Below are positions 60,501 through 64,000 of a stretch of DNA of 64,000 bases, in pieces. The notes under the pieces were generated by a model that was not told the origin of the DNA, made no database searches, and saw only the letters and a list, made by a program, of their open reading frames with translations. Location: the NCBI GenBank assembly GCA_029571215.1, contig JAKPTE010000036.1, positions 22,302-86,301 on the forward strand. The letters are read 5' to 3'. The stretch comes from Bacteroidota bacterium. Lineage in GTDB: Bacteria; Bacteroidota; Bacteroidia; Bacteroidales; JAAYUG01. The translations under genes and the position numbers were made by a program. Numbering within the stretch: the first letter of the stretch is position 1; each line of letters starts with the position of its first letter.

Positions 60501-60673
60501 CCTGTTGCCAAATACAGATAACCGTTTTTGTCCTGGGAAACAGAGTAAACAAAGGGATTCATAATGCCCTGCTCCCGTGAATAAACTTTGAACCGGATCT
60601 GCTGCGAAAAAAGGCCGTCAGATAACCACCCTGAAAAGAAAAGAACAAGCTGTAAACGAAAAATTAACCTCAT
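57506..60673 (-). CDS. Sensor phosphatase: periplasmic two-component-regulator propeller (Reg_prop repeats + Y_Y_Y), one TM helix, and a cytoplasmic PP2C/SpoIIE domain
   Basis: Signal peptide, then many propeller-type repeats (D..G.LW.GT..G), then the Y_Y_Y-like segment RVFYRYRLNGFDPEWTD. TM helix WWFLLVMLASTALAVYGIMYY, then a coiled coil. SpoIIE motifs are SGDFYWFD, ADSTGHGVPGGFMS and SDGYTDQFGG. Confidence 0.86.
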   Translation of the reverse strand: MRLIFRLQLVLFFSGWLSDGLFSQQIRFKVYSREQGIMNPFVYSVSQDKNGYLYLATGEDVYRYDGFAFVPIRFQKEELKAYSTRIFNDDRGNLWFGMSNGLVFVWDGKNSRRINLPSGVTSQITEILADKTGIKWVVTQQNGIFGVTENGQVIRCDSVLPGRILTSALYTTNNNLLIAANDGIYLFTPSGNSRCPEQRGKIENFPETHVNKLIQLQTSQTILAATDDNGLLQIEADPAGGNSFKVSDFGKSFGINQQSITSVFEDTEHNIWVAAAGEGVVEILWNQESGKYSGVRHFNTSNGLPVNFIRSFFQDREGQIWMATYGSGVVSFADEALQFYDFSDFTGKSITAVTLRGTELLLAGPKGILVLNKNTLVNRLFIPAGTKGLPADRITTMFTDRRGIVWVGTAESGCYLFDINAASFRRVWFSGNAVENVINHINGKGDSIFIATNGGLVIVDLNRNTFVLLTMSDGLPYNIIQSVFIDRNEKVWLACASKGIFNLSEHTYRSEGISALIEFSAIAQDTNGNYWAGTLGQGVLCFLPDTLFQVNTTTGLGSNYVYGVASDRDGEIWLGHRMSISRIDPVKKSVKVFDKAYGFTADCNPNALVSDPGGMMWIGTTEGLVGYNLNKEKRTNIAPVLNIVSLRIDDKEYDPTGRIVLPYGTHRVRIEFIGLNFRSPERVFYRYRLNGFDPEWTDAGGNRFVNYNNLRDGKYSFGLIACNDQGDCSETDSFFTIDVRLPLWKQWWFLLVMLASTALAVYGIMYYREQQLNEFNKRLETQLAERTREVIQKKEEIEQKNKEIIQSIEYAQRIQQSMLPSASQLSQYFTGYFLFYRPRDIVSGDFYWFDRLKDNRFLLICADSTGHGVPGGFMSVMGTTLIKDICYRSDLESPSEMLALLDHEIHRRLNQNIEAERSNDGMDLILCDINLETYVVRIASAMRPVILYVNGEQMYIPGSRNSVGGTIISHEDKVFEDRVYAMSKGDLIYMFSDGYTDQFGGPLGKKFKIARLRNLLKDIHQKPMTEQYQHIKSTFDLWKGDQPQIDDVLFLGIQL

Positions 60674-60688
60674 GCAATATTCATTTTT

Positions 60689-61648
60689 CTATCTTACTCC
60701 GATACCATAAATAGGTTTTGGAATTCCACCAATCGGGGAGGAATAAAATTTCAATGCCTCATTGTACTGGTTTCGTATATGCATAACAACATTATTGTTC
60801 CGCACAACCGGCGAACTTTTTTTGATCATACTGATTGCCAATGAGGTATTATGTTCCTTGTCAAAAATTTTAAAATCACTCTCCACCCAGTTGTCTTCAT
60901 TTGAAACTGGAAGAGGCTGACTTTTTCTAAGGACAGATGTTATCAGTATATAACCATCGTCATCCCAGTCGAAATTGGATTCCCTCACATTGATGGTTCT
61001 GTCATCAATATAAGGATAAATAACTGAAATCTGTTTGGGATCATCCCACAAACGGAAACAATATTCAAAGGTAAAGGCATTGGCTCCTTCAATGGGCTTA
61101 TTTTCATCGGGTGATGTGGAAAGGAAATAACGGTAAAGATTTCCGTCATCGCCACTGACACCTTCAGCTATGATCTTAATAATGTAGCTTTTGAACTGTT
61201 CCACATACTCTCCTTCGGTTGGATTGAACGGGCCAAAAGTGAACCACTTCTGATCATAGCGGGGATCAACACCAAATGTTCTGGTAGCCAAAATGTTCCC
61301 CGCTTTATAATTTCCCTGAGGCTGTCCTGTCTGAACATCCTCATCAGTATAACACCCAACACCACCATACACTGTAAAACTGGTCCGTGTGTCAAACACA
61401 CCTTTTAATTCATCAATCGCTCCTCCACAGTCAGGATCGTAAACCCGGATATAGACCGGACTTGTAAAATCTTTTGGTATTACAAAGAAAAAAGTCTGTG
61501 AAAAATCATCATCCCCCCAAGAAGTTTCAGCATTAGCACCGAAAGTAACCAAATAGGGTATATTTTCGTCTTTCCCTGGTACTGCCTGACTCCAGGTATG
61601 GAATAATGCTGTAAATAACACAATCCCGGTCAGGATATTCCTTTTCAT
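60689..61648 (-). CDS. Orphan secreted protein (no recognisable family)
   Basis: Signal peptide MKRNILTGIVLFTALFHTWSQA, using the ATG at 61648; the longer ORF reaches 61693. The sequence is acidic and looks beta-rich. It ends 15 nt before the sensor phosphatase gene on the same strand. Confidence 0.62.
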   Translation of the reverse strand: MKRNILTGIVLFTALFHTWSQAVPGKDENIPYLVTFGANAETSWGDDDFSQTFFFVIPKDFTSPVYIRVYDPDCGGAIDELKGVFDTRTSFTVYGGVGCYTDEDVQTGQPQGNYKAGNILATRTFGVDPRYDQKWFTFGPFNPTEGEYVEQFKSYIIKIIAEGVSGDDGNLYRYFLSTSPDENKPIEGANAFTFEYCFRLWDDPKQISVIYPYIDDRTINVRESNFDWDDDGYILITSVLRKSQPLPVSNEDNWVESDFKIFDKEHNTSLAISMIKKSSPVVRNNNVVMHIRNQYNEALKFYSSPIGGIPKPIYGIGVR

Positions 61649-61690
61649 TTGCGATGATCCATTCATCATATGGTTACTCTTTACTATCAG

Positions 61691-61698
61691 CAAATCTA
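61691..61698 (-). promoter_or_regulatory. Candidate -7 promoter box (TAgaTTTG) for the orphan-protein/sensor-phosphatase pair
   Basis: The plus strand reads caaatcta, 42 nt upstream of the ATG at 61648, within the 143-bp gap after the PD40/PKD gene. Confidence 0.35.
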
Positions 61699-61836
61699 TT
61701 TATAATTCTCAGCAGCTAAAATAATTAAGTATACATCATTATTGAAATAAATTAATGAAATCTACAACTAATTTCCTTAACAGATTCTATAAGTATACTA
61801 CAAACATTATGCAACACTGCAGATCCTTATCGAAAA

Positions 61837-63321
61837 TTACGGAGACACTGAGACAGAAGGAGTTAATGTATAGTCACCCTCCACAACTACTTCCTTATAG
61901 GATGCGCGTGTTGCGAATTTTCCGCTTCCCTGTTCCTTTCCTGAAACTCCCAGGCGTACACGATATTTCCCGGGACGCACGTACTGGTATCGCACGGTTA
62001 TCCCCATAGCCTTTGATCCGTCACCAAAATCCCAGTAATATTTTTCAGGTACAAAACTGACAAACCAGGAATCCGAGCCTGAAAATTCGACCCATTCATT
62101 GACCTTTATTGTATCAGGGCAAGCAATCCATGGTTGCTCAATCTTTTCAACAGGAAAATAATACGAAACCACATTTCGATCAATGGTTCCTTCCAGCTTA
62201 TTCACAACATTCAGTTCAACGGTGTATTCACCGGTGCCAGGGAAGCAGTGGTAGGCTTCCAGACCTCTTTGTTTGCTTCCGTCGCTGAAGGTCCATTCAT
62301 AGACTGCAATGGCCGTATCAATGACCACACCATTGTTTTCAAAAAAAGTATAGCATAGCCGGGGCACTTTTAAGGGCTCGGCACTACCAAATTTAGGTTC
62401 CGTTGTATAAAAATAAAACACATCGCTTGTTGTTCTGTCATACCTGTCGGAAGAGAAAAAACCACGGTCCCCGTTTCCTTCGGGAACAAAGCACAAATCG
62501 TTGTACCGCGAATTGAAAGGTTCCGGAATTCTACGAGGTTCAATCCACTGACCATTAATCAGTTCAGAATAGAATATATCGAACTTGCCCATGGTTTTAT
62601 CAAGCCGGTTGGAAGAAAAATACAAACGCCCGTCGGGAGCACAAGTAGGATATACTTCGTTAAATGAAGTATTAATAACCGGGCCCATGTTTTTGGGTTC
62701 AGTCCATTGCCCTTTTACAAAATCGGAATACCATAGATCCATTCTTCCGAAGCCTCCCGGACGATCAGAGGCAAAATACATACGTTTCCCGTCCGGACTC
62801 AGAGCGGGATGACATGTATTGTATCCGTCGACATTGATGACCGCTATCAGTGCAGGTGTGGTCCACCGACCTCCGACAAAACTGGATTCAAAAATCCCGA
62901 GCAGGTTATTTGTACCCAGGTAATTTTTAAATCTACCCGGTTCTACAATATTTTTGGTCAGGTACATTCTTGTTCCTTCCCGGTTGAAAACCATAGGACC
63001 TTTGTTGCTTCCCGAAATAAGTTCGGAAGCAAAAACCCTTGGCGAACCGGTAAATGCACTGTCTTTCCTGCGGGTAACATAAAAATAATTCTCCAGAGGT
63101 GTACCTTTTTGGGTACTATGCTTGAACAACCCTCCGGCACTTCGGTTTGCAACAAAAATAAGCTGATTACGCGCATTCAGCCAAACAGGAGCATACTCAT
63201 CATAAGCAATACTCGAAAAGCTGAGTCTTTCAATCCGGTAAAGGCTATCTGTCTGCCCCCAAACCGAGAGCATTCCTCCCATATATAAAACCACCCATAA
63301 GAAAATACTTCCGTATTTCAT
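61837..63321 (-). CDS. Secreted TolB-like PD40 beta-propeller protein with two C-terminal PKD domains
   Basis: Signal peptide, PD40 repeats (PALSPDGKRMYFASDR, PTCAPDGRLYFSSNR, GFFSSDR), and PKD motifs (YEWTFSDGS, YYWDFGDGS). The start is 4 nt after the PorP/SprF stop. Confidence 0.8.
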   Translation of the reverse strand: MKYGSIFLWVVLYMGGMLSVWGQTDSLYRIERLSFSSIAYDEYAPVWLNARNQLIFVANRSAGGLFKHSTQKGTPLENYFYVTRRKDSAFTGSPRVFASELISGSNKGPMVFNREGTRMYLTKNIVEPGRFKNYLGTNNLLGIFESSFVGGRWTTPALIAVINVDGYNTCHPALSPDGKRMYFASDRPGGFGRMDLWYSDFVKGQWTEPKNMGPVINTSFNEVYPTCAPDGRLYFSSNRLDKTMGKFDIFYSELINGQWIEPRRIPEPFNSRYNDLCFVPEGNGDRGFFSSDRYDRTTSDVFYFYTTEPKFGSAEPLKVPRLCYTFFENNGVVIDTAIAVYEWTFSDGSKQRGLEAYHCFPGTGEYTVELNVVNKLEGTIDRNVVSYYFPVEKIEQPWIACPDTIKVNEWVEFSGSDSWFVSFVPEKYYWDFGDGSKAMGITVRYQYVRPGKYRVRLGVSGKEQGSGKFATRASYKEVVVEGDYTLTPSVSVSP

Positions 63322-63325
63322 AAAC

Positions 63326-64000
63326 TCAGAAAAACCTTGGACTTACAGCATTTACCTTAAAATTAAAATTATACCGCACCGAAAATTCCATGGAACCAGC
63401 CGTAGCCTGACGTATTATCCCGGTAGGATAATCCCATGAGAATCCCAGTTTCAATTGATTCAGCAATTGCAAATCGAGCATGGCTATTACCGTACCATCG
63501 GCACGGTAGCCTCCTCCAATCCATAAATAATCATCAAACAAAACAAAACTTCCGTTCACATCATACTGAAGACCTGAAACAGGCTGATATTTCAATAGAA
63601 AAGTCGGTTTGAACCAGAACCTGTCGGTAATTTTCAGATAATAACCTCCGGTAAAAAGAAAATTGTAATGCGTCATAATGCTTTCTCCTGTAAAGAAAGA
63701 AGATAAAGAACCTCCCGAAGGCATGGAAAAAAACCACGGGATGGAGAAACCGGCATACATTCTCTGGGAAAAATAAAACATTCCGAAACCAAAATTTGGC
63801 ATTATGGCACTTCCCTGCAGGCGGTTTTCAGCAAATAATGGATCGGCAGGATCCCTGATATCACCTTTGAACGGATCTTCCTGGAAGAGGTTCAATGCCG
63901 TGCGCAAGCCAAACGACATTTTTCCCTTCCCTAAAATAAAACGGAAAGCATAATCGAGTCCTATCTCGGATGTGCTTTGGTTCAACACTTTTTCCTGGCG
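63326..64000 (-). CDS. Type IX secretion system membrane protein PorP/SprF family, 5' end beyond the window
   Basis: The frame is open to the window edge. Family-typical segments are present: IMPNFGFGMFYFSQRMYAGFSIPWFF, KPTFLLKY, LWIGGGYR, LGFSWDYP and GSMEFSVRYNF. Confidence 0.85.
   Translation of the reverse strand, partial: RQEKVLNQSTSEIGLDYAFRFILGKGKMSFGLRTALNLFQEDPFKGDIRDPADPLFAENRLQGSAIMPNFGFGMFYFSQRMYAGFSIPWFFSMPSGGSLSSFFTGESIMTHYNFLFTGGYYLKITDRFWFKPTFLLKYQPVSGLQYDVNGSFVLFDDYLWIGGGYRADGTVIAMLDLQLLNQLKLGFSWDYPTGIIRQATAGSMEFSVRYNFNFKVNAVSPRFF

Noticed and set aside
1-64000. A search for CRISPR arrays, transposases, integrases, phage genes, toxin-antitoxin pairs and known defence genes.
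   Set aside because: I saw no regularly spaced direct repeats of 25-40 bp and no proteins with the relevant motifs. The only tandem repeat is the 7-mer at 29181-29212.

Overview
This window is a chromosomal segment from a member of Bacteroidota. The phylum call rests on four things seen in the sequence: type IX secretion (T9SS) C-terminal sorting domains, a PorP/SprF gene, a BACON domain, and many TAnnTTTG -7 promoter boxes about 19-26 nt upstream of start codons with almost no Shine-Dalgarno sites.

I call about 47 protein genes (2 cut by the window edges), 2 tRNAs (Leu-TAA, Gly-GCC), one probable gene remnant, and several hairpin terminators.

Most of the window is conserved housekeeping:
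- Replication, translation and RNA: mutS, prfA, rpsO-pnp, der, era, a pseudouridine synthase, a SpoU methyltransferase.
- Export: secDF, tatA, a LolD-like ATPase.
- Metabolism: sucC, pyrF, glmM, purM.
- Redox: trxB, thioredoxins, OsmC.
- Peptidases: an S9 and an S46 peptidase.

I found no CRISPR array, transposase, integrase, phage genes or recognisable defence genes.

The two ends look accessory:
- Left end (1-11.3 kb): a T9SS-secreted carbohydrate-active enzyme island. It holds a GH3 enzyme, a 2,025-aa multidomain SGNH esterase/GH30 protein, and an SGNH-BACON esterase behind a membrane-anchored LytTR regulator. There is no SusC/SusD pair.
- Right end (57.2-64 kb): a PorP/SprF plus PD40/PKD pair, followed by a two-gene module. 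That module is an orphan secreted protein plus a hybrid-two-component-type propeller sensor fused to a PP2C/SpoIIE phosphatase.

The right-end module is my best candidate for an uncharacterised system. The evidence is only domain architecture and gene order, and I saw nothing that proves novelty. All family assignments come from motif recognition by eye, not from database searches.
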